64,000 bases of DNA, taken from contig NC_043012.1 in NCBI RefSeq assembly GCF_006345805.1, forward strand, positions 49,786,001 through 49,850,000, in the 5' to 3' direction. A program made the position numbers and the translations under genes. Position 1 is the first letter of the stretch; each line of letters opens with the position of its first letter. Under the pieces are notes generated by a model that ran no database searches, was not told the origin of the DNA, and worked only from the letters and a program-made list of their open reading frames with translations. This DNA is from Octopus sinensis. Taxonomy: Eukaryota. Of the stretch, positions 29,527 to 44,394 are shown one piece after another.

Positions 29527-32326
29527 CATGTACGCACATAGTTGTACGGAGATATATTTAAGAATATGTATACATGTGTGCGTGTATGTGTGCGTGTGTG
29601 CGTGTGTGTACGTGAGCGTGTGTGTATATATTTCTACATATGAATATAATATGTAAATAATGCATGTGCCCCTCGCAAAACAATACACTGCAGCCCATAT
29701 CATTTTCATTCACAGCGTGAACTATTCTTGGAATGCAACTTTTCCGAGCAAAGTGTTTGGAGATACGATGAGTTTTCCAGTGTGATATTTCTCTCACACA
29801 ACCCACTTTCTGCACGAATGTTTTTGAACGCTGTTATTACATTTCTCCCTTTGTGGGACTCGTCGAATTATTTGGTTAATACAATTCTTCCGAATTATTT
29901 GTTTAATACAGTAACATGGAAATTTAATCTCATTTTATTTAACTCGTTTTCTTTAACTTGGTACAATTTATGCTATTCTCAACCTTTCTTCCATTGTTGG
30001 ATTCTCTCTCGAAAATGGCGATCAATATCCCTAACTGAGTGATGCTATATTTTACATAACAATGTGTGTTTGGCTATAAATGCATTTCAGTTGAAATAAA
30101 CCTTCTTTACCTGTAAATACAGTGATCTAGAATATATGGTTCTGAAATTATAATTACTATTAACGGTTTGTTATCATTTGCAGATATTATCTAGGCCTTT
30201 GCATTAATCACAGGATAATACTAAGCGATTCAGTTCACCCGATTGTTGGTTATATGTAACAAAATTTCTAGCAATGTATCTGTTTTAAAATTCCCTTCTA
30301 ATACAGGATATAATTTATCTTTTACTTACTAAATTAATTCGATTAGTTCTGGAGATGGGCAACAACATTTTCCTCTAAAGTGAATAATTATACCTTCCTT
30401 CTTTCGTGTTATTTATGAGGAAAGTATTTGCTACTTCAAAGCTTGTACCTTATCAGTTCACTGGTACTATGAATTTTTTGCAAAGCCAAAGTTATCGGTT
30501 GTTGCTATATATAAACGGATAGTATGTATGTAAATGTATGTATGTACGTACAAATGTAAGCCGGTCAGGAGTATTCAGTAGAGTATTCAATAGCTGAAGT
30601 CGGAGTCAGAAGGGTAATTTACAAAATATTGCCTTTATGTATTTTGGTTTTGAAGGCTAGCTTTAAGCATACAGCTTCTATCTTCATTCATCAAATAAAT
30701 CAACGATTTTATTTCTTCGTTAGTTCACGAGAAGGAGAACCCAGATCTCAAAAGCACACACGACACCCAAATTTCTGAAAATAGAAACGACGCATATGGC
30801 TAGAATTAGGTAATCTGCTGCCAGAACGCATGTGGCTTTTGATGCTATGCCATTAAATGACTGCTTTCTTGTGGCACAACTCTGTTGGCTATGGAGTATC
30901 ATATTTCTACCAAAATTTTCGAATATTAAAAAAACAATACAAATAAAAAACAAACCAAAAAAAAAAGCAATGGTAATAAGTTCAGTTTCCATTTTTAAAA
31001 TTTCATACTTTGATATCTATAATTACATCTTCGCAATAAATGTAATTGCATATTTTCGTAGTTAATAAAATGTGTTTAATGCAGAGTAATGAGATTGCAT
31101 TTTATTCAATATGGCTTCTAAATGCAAGAACTATTATCGCCTCTGCATTGAACAATGTAGTTGATGAATTATAATACGGAAATGAGGATCACCAGATTTG
31201 TAATATAAGCGCCATATGATCCGTTTCCTGTCTGAATAACATAGGTGAACGGATATACATATATGGGTTATAAATATGTTGCGAATGATCATATCGGTAC
31301 AAGCATTACGTGTTATTGTTGTTAGGTTGTAAAGGGTACGTAGTAGAAACTGAACTTATATTATCGCCTATTCACAGACATTTTCTTTCTTAAAATGTGT
31401 CGATGTAAAATCTCGCTGGTGTAGCATTTCAAAAGTACTGAATGAATATAAATTATTGTAAAATGATATAACTTTAAATCTGATGAGAGATTACTTTAGT
31501 TAACACAGGTAACTGAATAACTAAGTATCTATTTCTTTCCCTCTCTATTATTCTCTCTATATCTTCCTCTCTCTCTCTCTCGCTCTTCATATACATATGT
31601 TTGAGCGAGTGTTTTCTAACATGCCAGTAAAAAAATCACTCGTACGTTAGGTAACAAATTGGTTATATTCATTAAACATTATTATAAATTTATTCTTTGG
31701 CCAGTCGAAAACATCTGTGTTAGAGAACCTCCTAAGTGTTCGAAGGAAAATCAACAGTTGTCATACACAAATTTCCGGCAAAGTATATTCTGTTCGATTC
31801 ATCGATATCTGATGACTGATTTTCCCTTCCCACACATGGTAGGTTCTTTAACACGAAACCGTTCGATAACGGAAATCTGTTGTAAGGAGGGCATCATTTA
31901 TATTACTGTATATAATCTTCCCCAATCACATGCATTCCTTAATATTATCCAAAGTTGCATTTTGTGTTTTTAAAAGCAGTGTCCAGATCATTATAGAAGC
32001 TTGAAAACATCAGAATTGATTTCAATGCACGCAGCACATATTTTGATCTCATTCTTTGATTCGGTTCATCTTTGGTAACCAATGAAGGTAATCGCTTTTT
32101 GCTAATTAGGTGATTAGGTTGTATGTTACAGTAATTTGCTTAGTCTATGTCACAATACTGTAAATACTCTGAGGAAGAAGAGCTATCGTTACACGATGGG
32201 ATTATTTGTGTAGCGCTGTATGATTTCAGAAACGATTACACCTGGACAATGTATCAACACTTTTCCTTTAATGTGAACATGTGGCGATATAATATGCCCT
32301 ACTAGTGGGTGTGTATCAATGCATTG

Positions 32327-32363
<37 letters not shown>

Positions 32364-32539
32364 GAAGCATGTGTTTCTTCATAAGGTTCTTGATATGAAA
32401 CCTGTATGTCTATTATATATATATATATATAGTCACGGTTGTGTTTTGGGTGGGTAAATCTACCGGAGATTTATAGGATATGTTACACATGAGTTACTGA
32501 AACAACTTTGTGAAGCAATTAGTATTAATTATTGGCAAA

Positions 32540-32760
32540 GGCGGGGAGCTGGCAGAAACGTTCGCTCGTCGGGCATAATGTTTAGCGGTATTTCGTCTGT
32601 CTTTTTGTTCTGAGTTCAAAGTCTGCTGAGGTCGACTTTGCTTTTCATCCTTTCGGTGTGGACTAGTTAAGTACCAGCTGCATACTGAGGTCTATCTAAT
32701 CGACTGGGCCTCCCCGCTCCTCCAAAATTTCGGGCCTTGTGCTTAGAGTAGAAAAGAATA
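32540..32760 (+). mobile_element. SINE family B, full length (tail ...CCTTGTGCTTAGAGTAGAAAAGAATA)
   Basis: GGCGGGGAGCTGGCAGAAACGTT...GAGTTCAAAG...GAGGTCGACTTTGCTTTTCATCCTTTCGG...TTAAGTACCAG. Confidence 0.9.
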
Positions 32761-34226
32761 TTAATTATTGGCAGAATGCAAATGAGTCAAAACATTACAC
32801 TAACAAACACATACACATACATACAGATATAATGAAATTAAATATTCTCAGTAAAGGACTATATATTTCAAAATGTAGGAGTATATTTATTCAATTGTAA
32901 ATCGACTTTGCCCTACGATAGTTATTTCAATTTATTTTACTATTTTCAGTGGTTATACTGATATTAAAAAATATTACATAATATCTATATAAATCTAATT
33001 ATTAAAAACATTCAACGAAAAGATAACTTTAAAAAAACCCTTCCCTTGAGAGATAATATGAATCACTTATGTATGACGGATTTCCAAATTTTTTAACCAA
33101 GTATAATTTCATAGCATGATTTGAATATCTATTGAATATGTAATAGGACACTATTTTTTGTAAAAGATAACGATAGAAGAAAGGGAAGAAAAGATAAAGA
33201 CAGCAAACTATAGAATGGTGTGGAAAGACATAGATAAAGCTCTAAGATCTCACATATCAAATAACATAGTGGATGAATTCTTTATTTATTGGAGCAGAAC
33301 AATCCCATGGTGGCCAGTGGTATTCTTCTGCAAATGGGAATGAGAGATTATCGCCAGAATCAAGAGTTTTCCCTAAATTGACATGACATTTAAGAAACGA
33401 TGTTGGGTTTATCACAATTTTTCATAAGAAATCTGTATCAATTGCATTTAAGTTAAAGGTCAACCGTCACAGGAAGCGAAGGTAATTTCCTTAAACCAAG
33501 AAGTTATATTGTATGCCATTTGTATTCTATATTCACATTTTTTTCTTTCAAATACAAGCTACCAGCAGCCGTCTCAAGTTATTTGTCTTATCTCATATTT
33601 GATTTATTTGTACAAATCAACAATATCATAAACATGCTCCACTTTTTTTCCCTTTTTATATGTAAGTGTTTCGTCTGCCTGATAAACGGTGATGCGGTAG
33701 AGTAAATGTTATAATGCTGCTGCTCGTTGGAGCGAAAACACAAACCAACAGCTGCTCTCATTTCTTCAGACGATGGTAATGAAATTATCCCAATTCTCAT
33801 TTCGAGTTGGTACAAGTTTCCCCACTTCCAACCCTTTAGTGATTGCTCTTTCCTTTTATTCGTTCTGATTGCTGAGATAATTTTAATAAACTAAAAATGT
33901 ATCTTGTATAATATGTAAAATAAGCTTATTCATTTCTCTAAATTAAGTCTTCTTTTATGTAGTTAACAATTTAAGTGACTAATACATCTATAATATTGAT
34001 TTATATTGCCAGCATATATAAGATATAAGATATATAAGACATAATGCGTAACTATTATAAATCAGTGGTTTCATTGTCGATACGTTTCTTAAATGAAAAG
34101 ACATCACATTAAGACGTAATTTCATTTCTATCCTAATTGATATTAAATTTGTACCTTTATATGCCTGGTCAAGTTTAACCAACGTAGCTCTATCTACTAA
34201 TTTAGGTACACACACACACACACACA

Positions 34227-34296
<70 letters not shown>

Positions 34297-35452
34297 CATA
34301 TATACATATTTATATAAATATATACATACATATATTCATATACATATATATTTAATATTACCTTAAGTTATATGTGTTATATAATATGAATCTATTTCTA
34401 ATTTATACAAACTGAGACACAAATATTTAGGACACAAAATAGATTTTTAAAAACTGGAATAATATTTCCTTACTAGAGGTTGACTTATAAAGATTCATAT
34501 ATGGATTGGAAAAGCTGGCTTATATATGGGGCATAAAGAAGATTGTTTGTAAAAGACAACTTTTCTTGTTAACCCATTCTAGTTTTGACCAGTAAAATAT
34601 TATTTTTAATCACTTAGTAGAAATTAAGCAATTTAATTAGTTTTCCTTATTCTCTTATATTTAGGCCTCATTAAGGTAATATTTATTAAAAGTGACATCA
34701 CTATTGCCATTATTACTCTATTACTAATTTCGTTAATGATATATTTGCATATTCAAGTTTAGAAAAAAATAAGATAAAATGAATTGTTTAATGTAGAAAT
34801 AAAGTTTGCTAATATTACGTTATATTATATTAGATTAACTTCATTTTTTATAAATTAGTGATATTCATTCATTAAATATCTATGTCATGAAACCATGCTC
34901 GAGGGTTTACGAAGCTTTCATAATGCGGTGAAGGTGGCGATATATTTTATTATAGTTATTGTTAAAATTTATTTTTGCATTTAGTCAAGTGACAGAAATT
35001 TGAAATTTCATAAAATAACATAGGATAGGAAGAAAACTAATTAAAGAAAATGAATGAATAAATAAATTAATAAACAAGAAGGCGAATAAGAAAATATAAA
35101 TAGAAGTTAATGGGAAAAAAGAAGAAAAACAGAAAAATGAGAGCTCGGGGTAAAGAATGGTGATTGACAGAGAAAAGAATAAAATGTGAAAGAAGGATGG
35201 GTATAAAAATAAAAGAGGTAGAGAAGAAACAAATTGGACAAACCCATTGTCTGGATAGTAATTCAAACGTAAGCAGATCTTGGAATTTAATGTGTGCAGA
35301 GGGTATTTGGGTGCGCAGTAATGTGAGTGTCTATGATAAAGTATATGTGCGATCGTTAGGTCACGAAGTTTCTCTGCTGTGAGTTCTACTGACTGAATTT
35401 TTTAAAATTCACTCATGAGGAAAGCAAACGTAATTGCAGATTTTATTTAATG

Positions 35453-36243
35453 GTTTCAAATCTTGGCACAAAGCCAGCAACCATGAGGGAGGGATAAACT
35501 GATCACATCGACACTAGTTATTCACTGTTACTTAGTTTATCGACCCAGAAAGGATGATAGGCAAGGTCGAGCTCGGCGTGATTTCAGCTCAGAAACTAAA
35601 GACGAACGAGATGCTGGTATGCATTTTGACCGGTGTTCTAATAGACATTAAGTAATAATATCGGTTTCAGATTGTGGCACAAGGCAAATAATTACGAGGA
35701 AGTTGATTACATCGACCATAGGCTTCAAATGGCATTTATCTATCGACTTCTGAAAGGAAAAATAAAAATGGCAACTTTATTCTGCACACAGAACGTAATG
35801 ACAAATGATGCTACGTATTTTGACTTGCGTGCTAGCAATTCTTTTCTCCTTTGGCACAAGGCCCGAAATTTTGGGGCAGAGGACCAGTCGATTAGACCGA
35901 CCCCAGCACACAACTGGTACTTAATTTATTGACCTCGAAATGATGAAAGGCAAAATCGACATCGGTGGAATTTGAACTCAGAACGTAAAGATACGAAATA
36001 CCGTTAAGCATTCTTTTCTACTCTAGACACAAGACCCGAAATTTTGGGGGAAGGGGCCAGTCGATTAGATCGACCCCAGTAGGTTACTGGTACTTAATTT
36101 ATCGACACCGAAAGAATGAAAAGCAAAGTGGACCTCGGCGGGATTTGAACTCAGAATGTAAAGACAGACGAAATGCCGCTAAGCATTTTACCCGGCATGC
36201 TAACGATTCTGCCAGCTCGCCACCTTTGCGTGCTAGCAAATTC
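35453..36243 (-). mobile_element. Cluster of four SINE family B copies (tandem and nested)
   Basis: Copies at about 35453-35640, 35662-35841, 35842-36011 and 36012-36225; direct repeat TTGCGTGCTAGCAA(A)TTC at 35825 and 36226 brackets the last two. Confidence 0.88.
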
Positions 36244-36660
36244 TGAAAACCCATCACCCTATTTAGAATAATAGTCTATACATATGTACACAGTCATACA
36301 TACACATGCATTCTCACACATAAACATACATATGCATATATATATAAATAACACTGCAGTGGTGAGCTCCCACGTATCTAACTACGAAGTGTAAATTACA
36401 TTTCTTATAGAACGATTTCGTTTCGCGTAGTTCTTCTATCAGTGATTCATTACTGTAGTAAATATCACACAACAGAATGGATAGATACCATCACTCTGGT
36501 GTTATTTTGTTACACTATGTAAAGCCAACAAATGAATGACATATACAGTAACTTAAACTGCTAGCAAGCATCACCAAATCGACCCCAAATCGCATCCTAT
36601 CATGTTCTAACGGGATGGTTACATTGAAAAGAGGATGACGAGAAATATGTATATGCATGC

Positions 36661-36701
36661 ACTAGCATTATGACCCAGCAATGCCGGGTCATTGTGCTAG
36701 T
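36661..36701. mobile_element. Helitron-like 3' terminus (hairpin + CTAG), palindromic on both strands
   Basis: ACTAGCA-TTATGACCC-AGCAATGCC-GGGTCAT-TG-TGCTAGT; the hairpin resembles the one at 49286-49302. Confidence 0.55.
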
Positions 36702-37324
36702 CTATATATTAATTTGTACAATAGGTGTTTTAATGTTAAGTCTGCGTTGAAACTGCTAAAATAATGTTCCTACAAACTTCCCTTGTGTTATGTCATATCT
36801 TTTAGTGTATTACTGCTTGCAATAACGATTATTTTCTCAATGTATTGCTCCTATTTATCCTAAGTATAAAATGGTTTTCAGAACTCGAATATGGTGTTAT
36901 TAAATAATTATACTAGCACAGTTGAAATAAACCAATTAATTTCAATGTCCATCACATGTTTTACCTACAGGACGTTTGATGCACAATTCTCTACGCAAGA
37001 GTACGCATGAGAGTTTTCTCTTTCTATCACTAAATCAATTACATAGTTATGTATTAATATATAATAAACAAATTGAAATCAACATCCGTGTGGCATACTA
37101 GAGGCATAATGAACGTTGAAATGCATGATTATGTTACTGTGCCTAAGACGATCATCATCCGTCGTGATATTGTGTCATTCGGAGCAAGGTATGTAACGTT
37201 GTGACAAGAACACACAACGAAGCGTGATCGACAGTGATTTTCACATGGACATAAACCAAGACGCTTTTAAACGATGTATATACATTTATTATGTACCCAC
37301 GTTGAAATGATATACACACTCACA

Positions 37325-37400
<76 letters not shown>

Positions 37401-37681
37401 CATTTGTATGCACATATGTGCTTATGAGTGTGAGTTTGTATGTGTGTATACGTGCAAGCATCGGTATGCGTGTATACATCTATATGTGAGTATGCGTGTA
37501 CGTGTTTATATATGCGATTGAAAAATACATATGCGTACATACATACATACACACTTTCACACATACATATATATATGTAACTTTTTACGTAAATACATGT
37601 ATTAGAATAAATATAACTAACTGAGTATATTAGTGTGTATGTGTGTACGTATTTATATAAATGTGTGTGTATGTACATATA

Positions 37682-37726
<45 letters not shown>

Positions 37727-38798
37727 TGCACACACTATATTTATATATATCGACATATAGACATATACAAACGAGTATTCGCACACAATATACGCATGTG
37801 AAATACAATAGTGTGTACAACACATTAAAATTGCAAATAGTTGAATTATCGCTTGTTTTCTTACTCGGTTCTATTTGAGTTTGGTTGATATCTTGTATAC
37901 TTTCATGGGTTTGCGTTACTCGAAAGATAAGTTTGTATATTTACTTTACCATATATTTCTATTTTTTGTTGTTTTTTTTGTTCATTGAATTCTTGTTTTT
38001 GCGAAGTAAAAATATTCAAATTTTCTAAAATTTTAATTTATCTTTGTTTTATTATTAGGTTTAACAGTGAACAATGTTGGTCTATGTTATTTTCTCGTAT
38101 ATCATTTAGCTGATAACGAGACCCCCTTTAGAAAAATTTGATACAAACATACATACAATGTGTGTGTTCGCATACGATTATATTTGTGTGTAATAGGTAA
38201 TTTCATATATGTATATATATAATATATATATATATTATATATATATATATATAATATATATATATAATATATATATATGTATGTATATATATATATATAT
38301 AATATATATATATATTATATATATATTATATGTATGCATATATATATATGTATATGTATATTTACATGTATATATGTTACATTCAAGTATTGCTAACTTT
38401 TTCCTGTGTGTATATGTGCGTATCATCTTTTTTGTTTTGCATTCAAGCTATCGGTGCAAAATACCCGTCTTGTATTTAAAACATACATGTCAAAAGAAAG
38501 ACTACCCATGTCTGATACAGTACCTTGATTTTCATAAATAAGTTTGAAGTAGATTTATAAGTTTAGAATGATTTTCTTAGAAGCTATATACTCAAGTGGA
38601 CATCATAACAATCAAACATAAATTTAAATAATCATGAAATTCTGAAACAGATATGCTATTTACCAATATTATGACGGAGTTTTCCTTTCCGCATTTCGAC
38701 AAGTCTGTATTTCTGATGTTGAGATTGTAAAGAAAGTGCCAAGACACTGCACGACAACCGGAGTAGTTCAATGGCTAACACAAATAAGAGAGTAAAAT

Positions 38799-38799
38799 A

Positions 38800-38875
<76 letters not shown>

Positions 38876-38881
38876 ATCTAT
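38799..38881. repeat. (CTAT)n microsatellite abutting an RT fragment; further (CTAT)n tracts at 37326-37400 and 53190-53310
   Basis: Directly visible tetranucleotide run. Confidence 0.95.
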
Positions 38882-39399
38882 CGAGACATTTCGACATCGC
38901 ACGTTCGGTCCGTCAGGGATGCCCCCTCTCGTCGCTTCTGTACGTATTGACTCTCGAGCCATTATTGCGGAAGCTGGCAACTCTGAGGGGCATCCCGCGA
39001 GAACTGGGATGCGGGACGAGCGTGTCTGCATACGCGGACGACGTCACTGTCATAGTGTCTAGCCACGAGCACATTGAGCAGGTCGGCGAGACACTGAAAA
39101 ACTACGAAGCGGTGACAGGAGCGAAAATCAACCGGGAAAAGTCAGTGGGCTTGCGACTAGGCACCTAGAGAAGCAAGCCCATGCCGTCCACCGGCGCCTC
39201 CGACGTGGGACGCTGGACCGACAGCCCGGTCAAGTTGCTCGGGGGCTGGTTCGGTCCGGACCTCCAAATGGAGAAGAACTGGAACGAGATAACGAGTAGG
39301 GTGGTCACTCTCGCCCGGCAATGGGCCGAGAGGAAACTGTCCCTAAAAGGTCGGGCGGAGGTGTCGAACACGTACATCGCGTCCGTCATCTACTACCGC
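38881..39399 (+). pseudogene. L1/Tx1-clade non-LTR retrotransposon reverse transcriptase fragment
   Basis: One frame: RSVRQGCPLSSLLYVLTLEPL...SAYADDVTV...GAKINREKS...VKLLGGWFG...WAERKLSLKGRAEV...YIASVIYYR, with one in-frame TAG at 39166-39168; sharply GC-rich. Confidence 0.92.
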
Positions 39400-40144
39400 G
39401 TATATCTGGAAACAGTTATGGCTAAGAGGTATTACCAAAATCCCGAAAACACTGGAAGTCACTTGCCAGGGACCCACTACCAGATGCAAATTAATGGCAG
39501 TACATACGCACGTACATAAGTACATGTAAATACTGCAACCTATTGGTGGACTCATTAGATTTTAAGATAGACCTGATTCGATATTGAACGAAGATTAAGA
39601 GACATTTGTTTGTTTATATATACGAAATGTTCCAGGGTTCATTTATGTGTCTTTAGCAGATTTTGAGACACATACAGTCTCTATATTTTAAACAGCTTAT
39701 ATAGCCATTTCCTCTTAATTAAAAACTTATATTGAATTGACATTTTCACTAACACATAAAATTATAGTTCATAACATTTAATCAATGATCAAAAGTAAAA
39801 ATATATCTATGATATATTTCAGATCATAGAAAGAAAGACAGCCAATATAGACATGGAAATAGTTATGCCAAATAACTTTTAAACCTATTATTCCGTAAAT
39901 TAAGATCTGCAGAAAATAACTAATTTTAACATTCCATTTAGTCTTAAACATTAACCGCTTAAATGTTAGTGGTTTTATCATTGTGCATTGTAATTTACCT
40001 ATAGGAGAGAATTTTCTTAGGTACCTGACTACATCTAATTATTACCACACTTTGCTATATATTATATTAAGTCCAAACTTATTTTTTAGCTGTTTTATAT
40101 AGATTCTTTCTAATACCTTACTAGTTGCCTCCCCTTAACTATAT

Positions 40145-40368
40145 ATTTCTTTACTACCCACAAGGGGCTAAACATAGACGGACAAACAAGAACAGACAAA
40201 CGGATTAAGTCGATTACATCGACCCCAGTGCGTAACTGGTACTTAATTTATCGACCCCGATAGGATCAAAGGCAAAGTCGACCTCGGTGGAATTTTAACT
40301 CAGAATGTAACGTCAGACGAAAAACGGCTACGCATTTCGACCGACGTGTTTCTGGCAGCTCGCCGCCT
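40145..40368 (-). mobile_element. SINE family B, full length (tail ...TTTAGCCCCTTGTGGGTAGTAAAGAAATA)
   Basis: Close match to the copies at 48333-48778. Confidence 0.92.
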
Positions 40369-41006
40369 TCCTCCTCTTAACCATAAGTCTAGCCTAGTGC
40401 CCATTTGACCGTTGTTCTCATGTGTGTTGTGTCGATAAGATACAGAAGGACTTAAACAGCCCCGTACCACTTATATCATTGTCTACTCCCCCATACCCTT
40501 TACTTATTTTCTTATTTATTTTGTCTTTATTTACATATCGATTGTAACAGTATTACCTCATGCCCTAGGTTCAAATATAATTGACCAATTGCAGAGATCG
40601 TTTGACTTAACCTGTCTCATTGCGGACAACAGGTGGGGTTCTCTGAAATATTTCTGTGAGTACACTATCTTAAGCACCATAAGGTAATATCTTGGATACA
40701 TTGCAACTTAAGTTTTTTCGTTAGCATAGATAATGCCCTTTAACAGTCATGCTAGCAAGTTTTCTTCTAGTATTTTTTATGATAATTTCTTTTCATAAAT
40801 TGTTGAAACATCTTGGTTATCCCTTATATTGGAATTTCCCTCAAATATTTTTTTACTCCCTGGACCAGTACTAGTTCGGCCTCTTACTGCATAGTCCTAA
40901 GATGGTAGATTATATGCGTTTCATGTTTAGGCTTCCAGAAATTCTTTTCTCGGCCATATTCTCTTTCCTATTACTCATTCTTTTTCTTTATTTTGGATGC
41001 TTTCGT

Positions 41007-41096
41007 TTTACTCTGATGAAGCACCGTGCTCTGAAATTTATTTTCTCAATTATTTGTAAACATTGATCGGCACCGGATGCGGAAATAGCCGTAAGA
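41007..41096 (+). ncRNA. Degenerate hammerhead-like motif with long loop 2
   Basis: CTGATGA(41013)-A-GCACCGTGC...GCACCGGATGC-G-GAAA(41082)-TAGCCG-TA-AG. Stem II is imperfect and stem III is two transitions from the palindrome CAGCTG. Confidence 0.45.
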
Positions 41097-41260
41097 TTTC
41101 TTATGTCATATAAATATTATGCCATGTTTTGTATGAAAGAACAAGCTATAAATGTGGTCCATGGGTAACATGGGTAACGGATACCGATAATATATACGGA
41201 TATTTTATCCTTTAGTCGGTTATTATAACCGCTAACTCTGATTACGTACATACTTATACA

Positions 41261-41292
<32 letters not shown>

Positions 41293-41301
41293 TCTGTGTC
41301 T

Positions 41302-41871
<570 letters not shown>

Positions 41872-41949
41872 TCACTTACATACATACCTTCACATATGCA
41901 CCATACACAGACACACACCCACACATGTACGTATATGTTCACATGCATG

Positions 41950-41987
<38 letters not shown>

Positions 41988-42716
41988 ATATATTTATGTA
42001 TGTATATGTTAACATACACGTACATAGATATCAATATCGCTACATACATACTGAAGTATAACATATTACAGTGCATATAATTTAATGTTTTTGTATAAAG
42101 TAAATTTTATGAGTATTTTAACTAATGCATCCAAATTCTTTGAGACAGACTTGTAGTAATGCTTCGTGGAGAACGATGGAAGGTAGCTATCGTAAATGAA
42201 ACAGCAAACTAGAAGTACAAAAATATCAGAAACAAAATTTTTAAAAATCATCAGTAGTAAACCATTTTATCCGAACTGTACTAAGAATATGCATGGAGCT
42301 AAAATTCATGTGGACTAGAAGAGAAAAACATAACAAAAAATTTTGTACAATTTTACACAACTGTTGCACAGTCGCCCTAAAATAACTGCGCTCTACTCGG
42401 TGTAAGGTTTCTGAAATCTCATTAATATCTTCGCATGAATAAGGATCAGTTCTACATAGAGAACAAGAACTAAATCTCCATAGCAACAGACATTTATGTA
42501 CCTGGATGTCTTGACGCATGATTCAGTGGATAAGAATATATTAAGCATCTATGCATGTGTGTATAAACATAAGTATATATATACACACACACATATATTT
42601 ATATACATACATGCATACATATATATGATTTGCGGGAAATTTATGTATATACATATCTGTGTATATATGTGTATGTGTATACTGCATACAGACATATATA
42701 TATAAATGCATATGTA

Positions 42717-42756
<40 letters not shown>

Positions 42757-42765
42757 CATGTCTTC

Positions 42766-42797
<32 letters not shown>

Positions 42798-43085
42798 GTA
42801 TATATATGTATATATACATATATATGTATATGTGTATATAATTGTTTACGTTCTTTTACAATAATATATTTAGACACACTTATATTTAAATATATGTTAG
42901 TACATATACATATGCATGTATCTGTATGTATGTAAGAATATATTTTGTTTTAGATTCGGTCGGTGGTCCAGAATATGTAGTGCTTCGATTGGCAATCGTT
43001 CAATCCTGCAGAAGAGAAGTAAAAATCACATTGTATAGACTTTCATACATGTGTTGTTTTCATTTTCTATAGTTGCTGTTAGTGC

Positions 43086-43087
<2 letters not shown>

Positions 43088-43157
<70 letters not shown>

Positions 43158-43172
43158 GTTATTATTATTATT
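43088..43172. repeat. (ATT)n microsatellite
   Basis: Directly visible; source of the poly-N and poly-Y ORFs. Confidence 0.97.
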
Positions 43173-44394
43173 TCCGTGTGTGTGTGATATGTTCTCATTT
43201 ATTTTTGTCGTTGGATAAATGTGAAAACAAAACGAGTATTGTTTCATCTATTTCATAACATCGTTATTCTTTGCAAAATATTTTTCCTGTTTTGTCACAT
43301 ACATAACTAAATAGATACTTACAGCTATACATATAAATAATCATATATACACACACCTTCATGCAATCTCATATGCAGCCATACACATCCAATCATACAT
43401 GCCCATCCGCGCACACATACGCGTTCACACTCATGCACACGTATTTGCTGCATTTATTTAACTGGAAAGTTGAACTTATACTATATAACTCTTTATATTT
43501 CTTTACGCGTATGTCATCATATGTTCCGTATTCTTGTAATAGGCACACACCTATATTCACGTGAACATTTATGCATACGATAAGTTTTTGTCATGATGTG
43601 TTGAAACTACAAAAGTAATAATTACAGGCTTTAAGTTTCCGACGAATCGGTAGTTGACTGGATCGGAAACACGAAACTGGTAGTTGTAAACTCGTGCTCA
43701 GAATGGTTTGGAACATGCCACTATTTTCATCTGGTTATCTCAAACTTGTTACGTTCCAAAGATTTCTCTACACACATATAGTCTCAGGCTTTGATTCAAG
43801 ACAGACTATCAGCATAAGAGTTTCCTTTAATAGTATAATATCCACTAGCTACAGTACTACAATCGTGATTGAATTAGAAGCAGCGCTGGTGTTGCAAACA
43901 TCATTGAACACACATACACAATGTATGTACTCTTCTTGTTCACTGGTCGGCTGGAATTTGTTGCGATGGAGATGACTTTCGCAAAGCACCGAGTGTTAAA
44001 TCATCTGAAGTCATAGACAGGCCAGACAACTAACTTCGAGTCTCATTCAGGTGCGATGGACATCGAAGTTTCGCCATTTTTGTGGATTATCAACATCACA
44101 TAACTGAACCGAACTGGAGGCAAACTGAATTGTCTGACTATGCCTCTATGTAAAATTGTATCAAATCCTTCTGTTAATATGACCGGACGTGATACTAAGA
44201 ATAAGTTCAAATATGAATTAGAATCGGTGCTAATAAAATATTATAAGACTTCCTGTACCCGTAAGATTTTAAAACAAAAGCAGATGTCCAACATTTACGT
44301 CAGTTTCTCAAATAGACTTCTTGCATTTCATTGCCCTATTTCTAGCCGTACACAAGTCTGTTTATTCCCTCACGTAAGGAGGTTTGCGCTTGGC

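Noticed and set aside
29690-30030. Possible Tc1-like transposase N-terminal remnant on the minus strand
   Set aside because: Too degraded; no TIRs or catalytic motifs recognised.
31480-31525. CTGATGA followed by GATTAC...GTAAC-TGAAT
   Set aside because: No GAAA and no stem I; may be chance. Isolated CTGATGA words near 31809, 47728 and 56261 also lack supporting stems.
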